Shown: positions 20,345-22,296 of the stretch, one piece after another
Numbering within the stretch: position 1 is the stretch's first letter
Layout: each line of letters begins with the position of its first letter
Assembly: GCF_006345805.1 (NCBI RefSeq)
Contig: NW_021823560.1
Span: 1-22,296, forward strand
Reading direction: 5' to 3'
From: Octopus sinensis
Taxonomy: Eukaryota
Length of the DNA: 22,296 nt
Notes under the pieces: model-generated
Told to the model about the DNA's origin: nothing
Database searches by the model: none
The model's input: only the letters and a program-made list of their open reading frames with translations
Position numbers and translations under genes: made by a program

Positions 20345-20821
20345 AGCACAGAGCAGCTGCTCAATTAGACGGATATTGTGTCATATAACCAGTTGGAAAC
20401 GACGTCTCCTGGGGCTAAACAACAGTAACATTAGTCCCATCCAGGACTTCCAAATTATCTTGGCAAATAATCTTTATTTTAAAGTACTGTTACTGAATAA
20501 CTCTCTTTGAGAGATTTAGAAATAATAATGTTTCTATATATTAGATCAGTGTTTGTGTGTCACTTTGTAAATTATATATTTTCGAATGGGTGTTCGGCAG
20601 CGCCGTATAGCCGAGCAGCTACTCTGCGCTGAGAAAGAGCAATAACCCAGAGATCGGTCCACATATGTTGCCTTGTGCTGGATGGGGGTGCTAAGCTCCC
20701 CTGTTCGAAAATATAAGCTAGCAGATATTTTGTCGTCTAGTCCAGCTGGAAACGAAGTTTCCTGGGATTAAACAACAGTAACATTCGTCCTATCCAGAAC
20801 AGCCGCATTATGTTGGCAAAT
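20345..20821 (-). other. Diverged direct duplication with a coding-like pattern (possible pseudo-exons)
   Basis: 20372-20468 aligns to 20724-20821, and GAGCAGCT(G/A)CTC occurs at 20351 and 20613. The minus frame of copy 2 is open for about 74 codons (SQETSFPAGLDDKISASLYFRTGELSTPIQHKATYVDRSLGYCSFSAQSSCSAIRRC...). Confidence 0.45.
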
Positions 20822-20840
20822 ATTTTTTTACTTTATGAAA

Positions 20841-21035
20841 ATATATACGACTGGCTTCTTTCCGATTCCGTCTACCAAATCCACCCGCAAAGCTTTAGTT
20901 GACCTAAATCCACCCGCAAAGCTTTAGTTGACCTAAGGCTTTAAAAGAAGGAACCTGACCAAGGTGCCAAAAGATGGGACTGAATCTGAACCATATGGTT
21001 GGGTAGCAAGCTTCTTATCTCACACCCACCCTGCA
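20841..21035 (-). mobile_element. Degraded SINE family A 5' half with an internal 29-bp tandem duplication
   Basis: tacgactggcttctttc..ttccgtctaccaaatccac...ccaaggtgcc...gggactgaa...gcaagcttctta; AAATCCACCCGCAAAGCTTTAGTTGACCT x2 at 20877-20934. Confidence 0.85.
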
Positions 21036-21100
21036 TATATATACACACACACAGACACACACACATATTTTCATCTGACTTGATATTCTGGTATGTATAT

Positions 21101-21329
21101 ATTTCTTTACTACCCACAGGGGGGTAAACACAGAGGGGACCAACAAGGACAGTCAAAGGGATTAATTCGATTACATCGAGCCCAGTGCGAAACTGGTACT
21201 TTATTTATCGACCCCGAAAGGATGAAAGGTAAAGTCGACATCGACGGAATTTGAACTCAGAACGTAACGACAGAAGAAATACCGCTAAGCATTTCGCCCG
21301 GTGTGCTAACGTTCTGCCAGCTCGCTGTC
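21101..21329 (-). mobile_element. SINE family B, full length (GCTTAGCGGT variant)
   Basis: Reverse-complement match to family B. Confidence 0.92.
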
Positions 21330-21345
21330 TTTTCCAGCTCTGAAA

Positions 21346-21580
21346 TACCTATTTCTTTACTACCCACAAGGGGCTAAACATACATGGGACAAACAAGGAC
21401 AGACAAAGGGATTAAGTCGATTACATCGACCGCAGTGCGTAACGGGTACTTAATTTATCGATCACGAAAGGATGAACGGCAAAGTCGACCTCGGCAGAAT
21501 TTGAACTCAGAACGTAACGACAGACGAAATACGGCTACGCATTTCGCCCGGCGAGCTAACCTTTCTGCCAGCTCGCCGCC
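21346..21580 (-). mobile_element. SINE family B, full length (GCGTAGCCGT variant)
   Basis: Reverse-complement match starting GGCGGCGAGCTGGCAGAAAG. Confidence 0.93.
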
Positions 21581-21855
21581 TTCATAAGTATATATCATAT
21601 ATATACATATTCTGATATGTATATGATTGTGACTATTCCTTCCCGTGCGGATTTGATACTTAAGACTAACATAACAGTACAATTGAGTACTTCTGTAAAA
21701 TAACCAATTTCGTGGATATTTATTGCTTTCGTCAACATTTACGAATATAATTTGACTTAACAGTAGCCTGCGTGATACCATTTCAACTATTGTCATATGT
21801 TATGGTAGCTACTTAACACTATGAGGTTATCCATAATATTTAGCTATATTGATGT

Positions 21856-22046
21856 GAGTGTGAATGTGTGAGGTATATATATATATATATATGTATATAT
21901 ATGTAATATATAAATATATATACATATAAAAACGTATATGCATGTGCTAATGCATGTATCTATATGTATATATAATATACGTAATCTATCTATCTATCTA
22001 TATATAATTACATATGCATATATATATGTATATGTATATGTATATC

Positions 22047-22077
<31 letters not shown>

Positions 22078-22296
22078 TATATATTATATACATACATATA
22101 TAACGGGACGGTTTATGAATGAATATCTATATATATACATATACATATATAAATATCTAACTCCCACTGTCTGTTTCTATGTCTCTGTTGTATTTATATA
22201 AATATATATAACATGTTATTATATATTATATATATATATATATTATATATATATATATATAATATATACGTATACATGTAAACGCGCACATACTAC
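21856..22296. repeat. Degenerate (TA)n-rich microsatellite field
   Basis: Direct reading. Confidence 0.9.

Overview
AT-rich, microsatellite-dense eukaryotic DNA with no intact protein-coding gene that I can recognise. Most ORFs in the supplied track are translations of (TA)n, (CATA)n or (CA)n tracts or of SINEs. From recall, the two tRNA-derived SINE families look like octopus/coleoid cephalopod repeats; this is an inference and was not checked. Contents: about 13 SINE copies of two families that share a hairpin-bearing module, two non-autonomous Helitrons with canonical A|TC...hairpin-CTAG|T ends, a frameshifted mariner transposase N-terminal remnant, a frameshifted class-A-GPCR-like TM5-TM7 fragment, a roughly 260-bp triplication, and a duplicated segment with a coding-like substitution pattern. 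The most interesting signal is a set of 3-4 minimal type-I hammerhead-ribozyme-like folds. Three sit in (TA)n-associated Penelope-type repeat fragments and share an extra purine after A9 and a palindromic stem III, each with a different non-canonical catalytic core. One of them (8325-8375, minus strand) shows a compensatory G3-C8 swap of the C3-G8 tertiary pair. All coordinates, pairings and counts were read by eye.
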